A stretch of DNA of 64,000 nt, taken from assembly GCF_006345805.1 (NCBI RefSeq), contig NC_043002.1:59892001-59956000 (forward strand). The letters run 5' to 3'. Below the pieces are notes generated by a model. It had not been told where the DNA came from. It did no database searches and saw only the letters and a program-made list of their open reading frames with translations. A program made the position numbers and the translations under genes. Of this stretch, positions 12,223 through 24,190 are shown piece after piece; the first letter of the stretch is position 1; each line of letters begins with the position of its first letter. The DNA is from Octopus sinensis (taxonomy: Eukaryota).

Positions 12223-12226
<4 letters not shown>
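12023..12226 (-). mobile_element. R4/Dong-clade LINE 3' end (subfamily 2)
   Basis: Minus strand KYITKTPGLTNTYIIQKIALLGTAHILRRALSIQ*, then a 3' UTR ending in an (AAT)n tail; (TAA)n on both sides. Confidence 0.8.
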
Positions 12227-12275
<49 letters not shown>

Positions 12276-12303
12276 TATTATTATTATTATATTATTATTA
12301 TTA

Positions 12304-13160
12304 TGTTTTTTTCCTTCTTTCTTCAAATTTTCTTCCGTTTCTCGCCGAGTGTTCTCCATACACCTAGGGCAGAGAAGGGCATTGTATGCATTTCCAGATT
12401 ACACGCGCAAATTCACAGATAAAATATGTATTTAAAAATTAATAAATATATAAATTCATGGATGGATGTTATTTTCACAGCGATAGTGCTCTTCTCAGTA
12501 CATGAGCCGTTCCAGTTAATACGATTTTTTGCACTTCCTGAAGGGATGGTAAGCCTGGAATCATTTTCAAATAGGTTTCAGTACCTTTTTTTATCATTCC
12601 TAGAGATCCTACAATCACTGGTACTGTAGTCGCTTTGAGATGCCACATTTTTTCAATTTCCATTAGCAGGTCTTTATATTTACTAATGTTGTCAAATTCT
12701 TTCGCCGCTATATTGTGATCACGGGAAATACTCATGTCAATTAATAAGCACATCCTTTTTGTCTGATCTTTTATAATGATATCCGGTTTATTGGCTTTTA
12801 TACTCCTGTCGGTCTGCACGGGGAAGTCCCATAGAATCGACACATTCTCTCCCTCAGTCACAGCTTCAGGATGCTGTTTATACCATTTGTTAGCGGTTTT
12901 GATTTTATAATGCCGACATCAGCGGTTTTGATTTTATAATGCCGACTCTGTCATGTCTTGCTTTAAATTCTGCAGGTGCTAAGACTCTACACCCTGAGAT
13001 TAGGTGGTCTATTGTTTCAATCTCATCGTTACAGAATCGGCATTTTTGGTCAGCTCCATTTTTCATCACATTGGCTTGGTAGTTCCGGGTAAATAAGATT
13101 TGGTCTTGAGCAGCAAATATGAAACCTTCACTCTCTGCTTTTAGCCCTGAACTTCGTAAC

Positions 13161-13163
<3 letters not shown>
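12304..13163 (-). mobile_element. 5'-truncated R4/Dong-clade LINE (subfamily 3): CCHC knuckle + restriction-like endonuclease + 3' UTR
   Basis: WLRSSGLKAESEGFIFAAQDQ..CRFC..ETIDHLISGC..RHDRVG, then ORF 12475-12861 with ANKPDIII..LIDMS..KYKDL..GTAHVLRRALSL*. Embedded in (TAA)n. Confidence 0.9.
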
Positions 13164-13214
<51 letters not shown>

Positions 13215-14558
13215 GAATTTAGTTTCTATTGACTGAACCTTTCGACACACAACCTGTCACTATTTCAATGACCCGTCATAATTCAGCTGAAATGAAAACC
13301 AAGTATATGGTGTGTGTGTGTGTGTGTGTGGCTAACTAGCAAAAACATACGACAATTTCTAAAGGGAATATATATGGAAGTTATATTAACGAGCAACGAT
13401 TTTATTATACGTACATGTTGTATCCTAAGTAAAGGCAAGCGCTGGAAGATTACCGCTGTTAAGATTATCAGTAGTGACATAACGAATAGTATCACGGGTA
13501 AAGGATCCCTAGTGTTTATTCGCTTATTCAATGAAAACAATAACACTGTATTACACTGCTGTGAATATTATAACTATCAAGCAGATGAAATATCTGTGAT
13601 CGTCTCAAAACATCGAATTAGCAAATTTTAATCTGGAAATATACAGGAATATTGATATCCGGGAGAAATATCCACCCTGTGGGAACATTTCAAAATCTCC
13701 ATGAGGGTATTTGATTATAGTAAGGAAAATAATTTTAGGGTTGAACAATAATTTATCAATTTACCCATTTTTGCTGGTTTTATTTCATTTAATACTGGTT
13801 TAAGGAATCTAATGTTAATTTAAAATAAGGTTATTAATATCAGTTATTAATACTACGTTGCATACAAGATTGCGTTTTTTTTCTTATATTATCTTGAAGT
13901 GACGACGGAGGAGGAATGTACAGTGCATAATTTATAAGGGATGATCGTAGGAATACAGTTAAGTAACTGCGTTCTAGATATAATTAATTTCATTTTTATT
14001 AATTTTTCTGGATTAGATTGCTTCATAAAGTAATTAAAAAAGTGTTCAATCTAGAAATAAACAAGGTAAGGTTATATTACCATATAAACTCACCCTCAAA
14101 CATACATGCACACGCACGCACACAGCCAGGCAGAAACAACTAGTTTGCTGTCAAAGCAAAATGAACAATTGGAACAAATATGCGGTATAGAAATGGATGA
14201 GAGCAAACTGAGTCCATAGAAGCTATAAAAAACTACGGTTTTACACTTAAATTAAATGCTGCCACGCAACATAAGACAATTGAACTTCCTAATGTGAGAA
14301 GAGAAGAATCGCTGTAGCTATTCAGAAATTAAGGGAATAGAATTTTCAATTGCAAAAATGTGTATTTTCAAAAACAACCGAATAAAAATGAATGCGAAAA
14401 CCAGAAAAAAAAACAAGAAAAGAGAATTCTGATTGGAAGATAATGTACACAGCAGAAAACATCTTACAACAGAACGCAACTAAAAGATAAATTTCAGAAT
14501 AGCATATTATACTAGCACAATAAATATACAGACATACATACATACATACAAACGCACA

Positions 14559-14590
<32 letters not shown>

Positions 14591-14592
<2 letters not shown>

Positions 14593-14954
14593 CGAGGTTG
14601 AGTCAAAAAGTAATGCCATTTTGTTAGGACAGGTATAATTACCAACACAGGAACATGTATCACACATCAAAATGAAGCTGGTCCTCTGTGGATCACATTC
14701 CTACCCCTCAACATAGTCACCGTTTCTGTCAATAGCGCCTCCAGCTTATCATCTTTTCAGCCCCATGAAAGAGGGTTTGAGAGGCAAACATTATTCCAGT
14801 GACAAGGAAGAGAAAACTATAGTGAAGAAGTGGCTCAAAGAACAGTCAACTGAATTTTACGGGGCAGGGATACATGCTCTCATTCGAAGGTGGGACATTG
14901 CTATTGAGAGACGGTGACTATGTTGAGAAGTAGGGATGTGATCCACAGAGGACC
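14591..14954 (+). mobile_element. Internally deleted mariner element with long inverted ends
   Basis: Starts TA-CGAGGTTGAGTCAAAAAGTAATG. 14680-14736 and 14900-14954 are inverted repeats. The interior encodes a mariner C-terminus, YHLFSPMKEGLRGKHYSS...WLKEQSTEFYGAGIHALIRRWDIAIE..GDYVEK*. Confidence 0.8.
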
Positions 14955-15227
14955 ATGTATGTATATATGTATATATGTATGTATACTAAGCATTTTGGCC
15001 GGCGTGCTAACGAATATGTTAGCTCTCACCCATACCCCGAATTAATACTATCGGTTAAGATTATATGAAGTAACTGGTATACATAAGTAACAATGAAGGT
15101 ATTTAGCAATTAAGCATCACAAATTAGATATCAACAACAAAAAAAAACAGAAATAAAAGTTTGCTTCTTTAACATCTTCGTTTGATAAGATCTGGTGGAT
15201 CCAGGAATCATTTGAAAAGGAATAATT

Positions 15228-15498
15228 TCTATATTTAAGAGGTGAGGAATTGTTTACATTATTTACATTATTTACATTTGATGGATATTTGTCCGCATCT
15301 TGTTAGCACAACGTTTCGGCTGATATACCATCCAGCCTTCATAAGATGTCATGGACAAATTTCGAACCTGGATTCTCATTCCTGCTTGGAACCGAACTCG
15401 GGCATGTGGCATAGTGTGTAAGAGCGTGGGCTACTAAACCCAAGATCCCGAGTTCAATTCCAAGCAGTAACCTAAATAATAATAATAATAATATAATA

Positions 15499-15548
<50 letters not shown>

Positions 15549-15559
15549 TAATAATAATA

Positions 15560-15615
<56 letters not shown>

Positions 15616-15780
15616 GCATCGAACAAGGCTTTAGGAATATGAATCCATGTTCGAAATTTCTCCAAGACACCTCATGAAGTCTGGCGGGTAAATCAGCCAA
15701 AACGTTGTGTTAACAACAAACAAGATGAGTACAAATATCTGTCAAATATAAATAATGAAAATAAGGAATAATTTATCTCC
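15228..15780. mobile_element. Head-to-head pair of tRNA-headed, hammerhead-tailed element (family 1)
   Basis: The tail on - (15228-15383, hammerhead ~15306-15350) plus a B-box fragment on - is joined at CGGG 15399-15402 to a full tRNA-like head on + (15399-15472), then (AAT)n, then the tail on + (15615-15780, hammerhead ~15667-15710). Confidence 0.8.
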
Positions 15781-18309
15781 ATTTTGTAGTGAGCACAGCA
15801 ATTTTGTTCAAAAACCACTGAAACTGGTGTGAGAGAGTTATGTGATGTTATTACTTCCAACCAAAGATGTCAGGTAGTGGTGCTAATCGGTTTTCGGTTT
15901 ACTTCCCAGGATATGGAAATGTGAACGGCCGTAAGAAATATCGCACACATGCTGTGCGGCGCTTTAAATGTCCCACAAAACCACCGAGTAAATGGCCGGT
16001 AATTTTTATGAGTCCCCGAGAGAATGAAAGAGAAAAATGCCCTCAGTGAGATTTGATCTGAAAGCGCAGTGTGTTGTAGAAAATATTACAAAGCATTTTG
16101 TAGTTCTGCGATGTAACGATTCTGCCATTTCAGATGTGTTAAAAGAAGACAACTATTGAAGGTAAGCAAAAATGCAATGCAATGCGATACATATAAATCA
16201 AATTACGACAAACACGCAAGCATACAAACACATCAGTTCGCTCGCACGTACACACACTATAAAATATTACAGAATAAGCACATCACTTTTGCCATATGTC
16301 AAAGGGACCTTCTTGGAAGCGTAGTGTTCTCAAGAAAATCGACGGAAATATAAAAATTACAGCAATAAAACATTATTATATAAGATTTTTTTTAAAGCGC
16401 AAACTTACATATATCAGCTAAGAAAAAAACACAATGCTTTATTGAATACTGAAATATTTAAAATTAGGGATGAGTAATCTACCAGAGATACTAAAACAAT
16501 AAGAAAAATCTGAACTGGTAACACCACAGTTGTGGCGATTGCGTAAGTCTGAGAAAAAAATAGAAAAGCACGGAAGGTGTTTTGAGTAGATAAGCAAAAC
16601 CCATTTACATGGAAGTATAAGGAAGACAAGCCCATAAATGTAGAAAAAGTTTTGACAAAGACGAAGTGCAAGATGTTTGGAAATAAATATGGAAATAGAA
16701 AAATAAGCAGAAAGCTATAAAATAAATGAAACTGCGGAACAAAACCAACACTAATCTATGTTATATCGCAAAATAAAAAGAAAAAGCTGTGCATTTATTA
16801 TAGATGAGGCCATTAGTGTGACAGAGTAGCATTAGAAAAACCGCATGGATAGTCAAAATCCAGAAGCTCTGCATAAAACATCCATAATCTCTAGACTATG
16901 ATTTAAAAGAAAATGATATCAAATTCCAGAATGAAAATCAGTCATACACTCCAAAAAATTATAGAAACTGGTGACATACAAAATTATGACATAAAAATAT
17001 GATTTCTTCCGTATAGAAAATTCTGAAATTAACATGAAGTAAGCAGATATATGAATGCATTACTCTCAATAATAAAAAGAAAATGTCATACTTACATGTA
17101 TAACCTAATGGTTACTGAAGATATTTATTTATATTCTTGTAAAATCTCAGTTTTTAATTAAAACAACATTAGAAGAGTGTATGCAGGAATAGGAATAATT
17201 TTTAGAGAGGTTGCATGGAATAGGCTCATTGTGGGCTAAGATGGTGTGACCATGGAGATTTTCATTGAATGTAGACGTATCTATTGTCACTAGTATATTA
17301 CATTAAAAAAACTGGTTACGGTGCCCAAATAAAGAACCCCAGTATGTTCATTACACAGAAACAAATGATGTACAAGTGACTTCATATGCACCATTAAAAC
17401 ATGACTAAGTTTTGCAGTCATATATATGCTTGAATATATATGAGTAAATTAAAACTCGTCTTAATTCGTTAATTCTACGACATTGGGACAATTTTCTAAA
17501 TAATTTTTTACTGTAGTTAATAGAGTGCGTCTCAGTCGTTATAGATGCCAAATCCCTTACTGAGTTTTCAATTTTCTGGATGTTATATTCAATTGAGTTT
17601 TATATGTAAAAGAAAATGTAGATATAAAATTGTGACTTCTACAATAAAGAATTTGTCTCAAGGAGAGGATCGAATAAATGTGTTTACAGTATACATGTTG
17701 TCAGTTGAGACGTCGTATGGTTTACCCTGGATTAAAATCTACACTTTATTCTTTACAAAAAACCCAAACATACCAAGTTCAGACATGAACAAAAATTAAA
17801 AAATGACACCACACCACCACAAAAACAGCAACAACACAAAATGAAATATAACACCCATTTCATTGTGGATTTTGTGTTTCACAACTATGAAGATCTAAGG
17901 TGAAGCGTGTAAAGGTGACTAATTCAGATGTACTCAAAAGCCATATATACTATTACACATTTACATCAGATAAGCAAAGAATGATCTCGACACCAATAAG
18001 GGTTAAGTAATATTAACATACGAAACGACATAGTTAATAGGATATGAATATATCCCAATCTCTAGGCTGATCTTAAAGTGTGATTAAGCATCAAAAATAT
18101 CTGATAGAATTTTAAGATTCTTAAAGAGTTCATGCAGTAAAATAAGGAAAATAAGGAAAGCATACATAAATAGCCATTTATCTGCCATCATTTACTTGTT
18201 TCAGTTATTGGACTGCAGCCATATGTGTGCAATCCCGATACATATATATTATATTTTGTAAATGTGTTTATCTCTATATACACAAATACATACATACATT
18301 ATATATATA

Positions 18310-18356
<47 letters not shown>

Positions 18357-18406
18357 GCATACACACACACACACACCAACACACAAATATATTATATATA
18401 TATATA

Positions 18407-18437
18407 TACCCGCGCGTAGAGGGGTCACCTTAAGCTA

Positions 18438-18473
<36 letters not shown>

Positions 18474-18505
18474 TACCTTAAGGTGACCCGCTCTACGCGC
18501 GGGTA
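18407..18505. repeat. ~35-bp inverted repeat enclosing (TA)15; arms resemble Helitron 3' termini
   Basis: Left arm TACCCGCGCGTAGAG-GGGTCACCTTAAGCTAGTA versus reverse complement of the right arm TACCCGCGCGTAGAGCGGGTCACCTTAAGGTAGTA (1 indel, 1 mismatch). Confidence 0.85.
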
Positions 18506-18539
18506 AGAGTGTGGTTGTTATTTTCTGTTGCATCCTTTC

Positions 18540-18864
18540 GGCACGTAAAAAGCACCATCCGAACGTGGCCGATGGCAGCGTCGCCTTGACTGGCTTCTGT
18601 GCCGGTAGCACGTAAAAAGCACCAACCGATTATGACCGCTGCCAGCGCCCCTCCCCCCGTGGGATTTGTGCCGGTGGCACGAAAAAGGCAGCCACTACAA
18701 TCACAGAGTGGTTGGCGTTAGGAAGGGCATCCAGCTGTAGAAACACTGCCAGATCAGACTGGAGCCTGGTGCAGCCTCCTGGCTTCCCAGACCCCGGTCA
18801 AACGGTCCAACCCGCGCTAGCATGGAAAACGGACGTTAAACGATGATGATGATGATGATGATGA
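18540..18864 (+). mobile_element. SINE family C, 5'-truncated, with internal GGCACGTAAAAAGCACC tandem units and (GAT)n tail
   Basis: Three repeats of (G/A)GCACG(T)AAAAAG(C/G)CA, then GTTGGCGTTAGGAAGGGCATCCAGCTGTAGAAAC, then ACGTTAAACGATGATGAT. Confidence 0.75.
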
Positions 18865-19194
18865 TTCTCCCTCTTTGTTTCTCTCTCCTTTCTCTCTCCC
18901 TTTCCCACTCTCTTACTCTTCCTTTCTCTCGGACTCGCCCTCGCTTTCTCGTACTCTCTATCTTTCTCTATCTATCTCTCCCCCATTTATAAACAACAAA
19001 AGATCTTGAGTAAGTTGAGAAAGAAAGTAGTTTCAAAGATCAATCATAAATATCAAGCGGTGACAACGGAAAGGTCTGCTTCAAGGCAGAAAGCAAAACA
19101 CTAACATTTAAAAGGGACAGACGAACTCGCGAGCTGAATAAAAATAAAAACATATTGGAAACCAAAGTTTGAAAGGATAGAATATGAGGATAGA

Positions 19195-19444
19195 AGAGTC
19201 ACCATGGCTGGCATTTCTTAACGACGGACAGTAACATAGTGGCAGTTTAACGGCTGGCGTAAAATTTTGGACTTGATGTAAAAGAAAATTCCTAAACACC
19301 AAGCTTTGAAGTGATTCTTTCTCACGACAGTAGACTCACCATGGCAAGCATTCAAAACTTCTTCATCATGGACGGCAACACATTGACGATTTAAAGGCTG
19401 GCGCAATTTTTTTAGCTTCATGTAACAGAGAATTCCCAAACACC
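19195..19444. repeat. Diverged two-unit tandem repeat, period ~137 bp
   Basis: AGA(G/C)TCACCATGGC...GGCTGGCG(T/C)AA.TTTT...AATTCC(T/C)AAACACC occurs at ~19195-19300 and ~19332-19444. Confidence 0.65.
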
Positions 19445-20300
19445 CGCTCCTGTAAATTTTAATCCCCTTCAAGCCCCATTAAGACCTCTTTTCACATTTT
19501 GGTTAATATAACCCGATTTCATTCGGGTCTACTCGGGTCACATTTTAGAAGATGAGGTATATATATATAAATTAAATTAGAGATAAAACCACTATTAGGC
19601 AAATCTAACAGTGAAAAACATAAACCAAAACATAAAAATAAAAATATAATATACAAAATATATAAAATATAAAACTTAAAAATTTAAGTTATTTAAATTT
19701 AAAATTAAAATTATTAATTTATATTTATAATTTAAAAAAAAATATATATAACTATCAAAAAGTATTAAAAAGTTTAATATACATAAATACAGATATATAC
19801 ACTTTGTATATATGCATTGTATATACATATTTATATATAGAACACACACACACACACACATATAAATTAACCCAATAAATATCTGATTCAGAATATTTGT
19901 TCTCATGTTTGTGTGGTGGTGGTGGCGATGAATGTAGACAGACGTAGAGAGAGAGAGAGTGTGAAAGCGCTGTCGAAGGCGAGGAGGGGGAGATATAGAA
20001 CGCTGTGAAATGACGTTATAAAGAGAACGTGATGGGAAGGGAGGAAAGAGAGAGAGTGACGGAGAAAGACAGATACATAAAAGAATGAGAGTAGACTTGT
20101 CAACGTGCGTTTTTGGCCCTATCAACGACACCTTTTAAGATAGGGGTGTGTAGCCTAGCCCACTCGCATCCTCACCTCATTTTACATGTCCCTGTAAATT
20201 TTGGAGTCAATCCGACGGGATCTAGTGGCCTTTAACCCGTTCTCAATGCCAAAAGCAGACAAACAAACAAACTTTTCGCATTTCAGAATTATCATATATA

Positions 20301-20368
<68 letters not shown>

Positions 20369-20381
20369 ATATATATATATC

Positions 20382-20421
<40 letters not shown>

Positions 20422-20637
20422 AATATAGAAAGATAATATAGGTGGCTCGTTAGCAATTCAAAACCTAAAGGCAAATTGATAAACAAGAGTACAAAATAGT
20501 ACCAGGATTGCTAGAAACAAGAGTCAAAGGCGACTTAAAAAGCCACGTAAAGGATTTGCTCAACAAATTGTTGAAAGAGACGAAGCGAGAAGCTCCTTGC
20601 CGTAGTGAGACAAACTCACAAGAAATTACCAGATATA

Positions 20638-20693
20638 TCCATATCATGTGATTTCGAACTCTGAATCATTTCATGGCAGTTCTCATCAGTCGA
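20638..20693 (-). ncRNA. Hammerhead ribozyme candidate with intact core, in a fragment between (TA)n tracts
   Basis: Minus strand: UCGA-CUGAUGA-GAACU...AGUUC-GAAA-UCA-CA-UGA-UA-UGGA. Stem II is 5 bp, stem III is AUCA/UGAU, the site is UA, and there is one G.G mismatch in stem I. Confidence 0.7.
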
Positions 20694-20769
20694 ACTTACT
20701 GCGCTTAGAGCTAAGCATATCACGCAAGGTCGGCTCATGAGAATAAAAAAAAAATATATATATATATGA

Positions 20770-20988
20770 AAATGGAGAAAAATATATACTGGATACGTAT
20801 TTTGTTTGTTTCACGATAAAAACGTAGCAAACCATTTAATACAAATAAAATTAAAAGGAAAATAAATTAACTGTAAAAAGCATAATTAGTTTCTGTTCCT
20901 ATTAATTTTACTTGTATTAAATGGTGTCCTATGTTTTTATGGTGATACAAATTTGGATAAGTATCCACTATATATTTTTTCTCCATTT
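20770..20988. mobile_element. Fold-back MITE-like element
   Basis: Two ~105-bp arms are inverted, roughly 80% identical by eye (AAATGGAGAAAAA..TATATA.TGGATAC..CAC.ATAAAAAC.TAG..ACCATTTAATACAA.TAAAATTAA), with a few-nt loop. Confidence 0.7.
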
Positions 20989-21145
20989 GTTTATATAAAC
21001 ATAACTATAAATTAGACTGTTTATCCCTATAAATTGTGAAAATTCTCTCATATCAATGATATCAGTTGATATCTGGATTGTAAATGACTATATATAATAT
21101 AATATTGCATCCTTCCAATTGACTAATATTAATATATATATATAT

Positions 21146-21197
<52 letters not shown>

Positions 21198-21214
21198 GTA
21201 TATATGTAGTATAA

Positions 21215-21260
<46 letters not shown>

Positions 21261-21689
21261 GGTGTGTGTGTGTATCTGTAAATAAATATATACATGTATA
21301 TGTGTATATATGTATTTGACGACTATTAATTATACTGCTTATTCGACTACTCCACCTACTCTATTTGAAAACAGTCACGACCGGACTACTTAATTTACCA
21401 TCACAGACAGTGCCACTGTAATGCCACGAAAATTAAAGAAAATTACCACGTGCTCTTGCAGGAAAACGAAAAGGACACTATGAATGTTTATGTTAATAAT
21501 TTTAAATTAATAACTTGCTTCTCTACATATTTTTGATAAGGTTCTTCAGCAACCGAAACATTTAAAACAAAATCATTTTTTAAAGTTATTATATGAAGAA
21601 ATTCAAATGTACCTAATTTAAAATAGTAGCATTTCCGTTCTTCTTTATCATATATTTATATATATATGTACGCATGCATGTTTGTGTGT

Positions 21690-21910
21690 GTGTGACTTCG
21701 TGTATGTACCTCTATCACCGCTTGGCAATCAGTGTTGATATGTTTACGTCCCCGACACCGTAAACCTAGCTGTTCTGCAAAAGAGACTGATAGAAAAAGT
21801 ACTAGGCTTGAGAAAATAAGTCTCGGTGTCGATTTCTTCGACTATAACCCTTCAAGGTTGTGCTCCATTATGGCCACAGTCAAATGTCTGAAACAAGCAA
21901 AAGAATTAAA
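21690..21910 (+). mobile_element. SINE family B, 3' half
   Basis: GCAAAAGAGACTGATAGAAAAAGTACTAGGCTT...TGCTCCATTATGGCCACAGTCAAATGTCTGAAACAAG, as in 28470-28860. Confidence 0.75.
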
Positions 21911-21959
21911 CAACATAATGGAAAGATTACATTATGTCGACACATATATATATAGTTAA

Positions 21960-22165
21960 TCCAAACAAGAAAACACAAAAAAACAAAAAAACACAACAAC
22001 GCGAGGATGTGGAACAAATAAAGTATTATCGGACGCTCAGGAAAGAAGGGAAGAAGGAGGGTTCAACGTTTCGAGCGGAGCTCTTCGTCGGAAACATAGG
22101 AGAAAGAAAGATACCGAGAAGGGAAGACAGATAAAAAAAATCGCCAACGGTACTCCCGAGGTCAT
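21960..22165 (-). mobile_element. Penelope-type pLTR-like fragment with hammerhead remnant at 22061-22095
   Basis: Minus strand GUUU-CCGACGA-A-GAGC-UCC-GCUC-GAAACGUU-GAAC. Same family as 6965-7200. Confidence 0.7.
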
Positions 22166-24055
22166 ATATATATGACGCTCATCAGAATATATGAAAGAGT
22201 ATCAATAGTAGCCCGATAGTCAGTGCTTGCCACTATTTGTCAATGGATGTTAATTCTCAATAGAATAGGGGAGAGTTTATGAAACAAGAAACAACAATTG
22301 AATTCATGTTGTAGTTTCTTGATACTACCGGAAACGGTGTGGTGCTTAGCATAATCTCTGTATCATATGATGTCCATTAATGCAGTAACACATGGAGGGA
22401 AGTGTTTACCACAATTCGTGCGTAGTCTCGTATGGAAACGGCAAACAGATAATGGATATGATTGAAGATGCTTGACAACGGATAAATTATAACAAGCCAT
22501 TGAATTTATATTTCCCATGGATTTCAGCAAAGATTAAGCTACATACATCAGTCAGTTATTGTCCTGTCGTGAAGCGATTGTGAAGTAATGTACCGAAATT
22601 ACCTACGTGTTTGGGAAAATTGTAAAATCAGCGTGTTTGAAATGCCGCAAGGAAGAAAAGCTATAAGTAGTGATTGCGATAAAAGTTTTAGACAACTTAT
22701 AACCAAAAGGGCGAAGGTTTTAAGTAATATCAAATTATGAAAAGAATGACACCTCTGGTGAAACGATAACAATTCGAATACTAAACGATATGTTAAAAGC
22801 AGTAATAATGCATTGGTGGCGTTAGTACTAATGTAGCCATGTCAACAAAGATCGGTTACAAGAAATGCAATGTGATATATGTCCTGTTGAGTTTGTGAGA
22901 ACGTATTGGAGAAAAAAAAAACAAAAGCAAAAACAAACACTTGGAATTTTAGAGCAAAATGTGTAATCCATCAATGTCAGAAGCATATTTAATTGTAGTG
23001 AAAACCCATCAATAGCAGATTTAGATTAGTGCTATGGTCTGACCTAGTGCACAAATATTCTGTAAGCGGCAAATAGAAGTGAGAAAATGCTAACAGCTGA
23101 ACTTGTGATTGATAGTTTAGTCGGAGTGAATGCAGTAAAGTGAAACAGAAGTGAGGAGGATTTCGAGTAGTGCAAAAAATTGGTTTTCTTTTTAATGTTT
23201 TTTTATTTTATTATCAAAACTGAACACTATCTGAGAACAAACTCTTATTTACTTATGTTTATGTAATATGTTATTTTGCAGTGAAGATTCAGGTCTATTG
23301 CAATACGCTAATAGATTTGGTTGCAGTGTTTGTTCTTGTGTATAATATTATATCAAATTAAAGTTGACAATTAGGGCAAATTTGCGTAATTTTATCAATG
23401 GCAGAACAATGGAAATTAATGAAGGTATCAATAAATTATTTGCCTACAGTACACGAAACGCACGTTCACCTCAACATTAGTATCTAGCAAGAAAAGAATA
23501 TCCCCAAAAGTAAGGCAGTTTGAGATTCATGAGAGAAAATGGGTTGCAATTAATGAAGAGAACCGAAAGAACCGAAAAGAAAGCGAGAGGCTTCAAAAGG
23601 TCGAAACACTTACCACGCAACTGCTGGTCGACTGACCTACTACACTGGAAATTAAAAAGAAAAAAGACGGTAACAAGTGCAATACAGTGTATAACGTAAG
23701 CTAGAAAACTATATCTCTTAGAAACACTACATATTTTGAGCAACAGAATTATCCATTACTTGAAATCATTGCCACATGCTATGCTATATAGAAATGGGTC
23801 CATCCTTTGTTGGCAGGTTTTGTGTTTGTTATATTGGTTCTTTAGTTTCTCTATTTAAAAGCACCACAATTTACCATTAAAAAAACTGTTGCGTTGGGTT
23901 ATCAGCTAACAAAAACTATTATATTCTACTATATGTTTTCCACTTTTCCTCTCTCATAAATCTACATGTTTGTAGTAAATGTTTTCGAAAGGGACAAACG
24001 TCTGTATTACTTCGGAAGCTACATCTTGCTTATGATAAGCAATCTAAACTAGCAA

Positions 24056-24057
24056 TC

Positions 24058-24107
<50 letters not shown>

Positions 24108-24108
24108 C

Positions 24109-24178
<70 letters not shown>

Positions 24179-24190
24179 GGATAGATAGAT
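24056..24190. repeat. (GATA)n microsatellite
   Basis: Near-perfect AGAT run. Confidence 0.95.

Noticed and set aside
16134-16161. 28-nt micro-exon candidate (TTTCAG|...GAAG|GTAAGC); similar weak cases at 36951-37005 and from 44645
   Set aside because: The first takes its acceptor from an antisense SINE remnant; the others have poor donors. Such signals are expected by chance at this length.
22240-22900. Possible very old LINE relics (also GVRQGCALS at ~34620 and 35330-35790)
   Set aside because: Only isolated motif-like peptides amid many stops; cannot be classified by eye.
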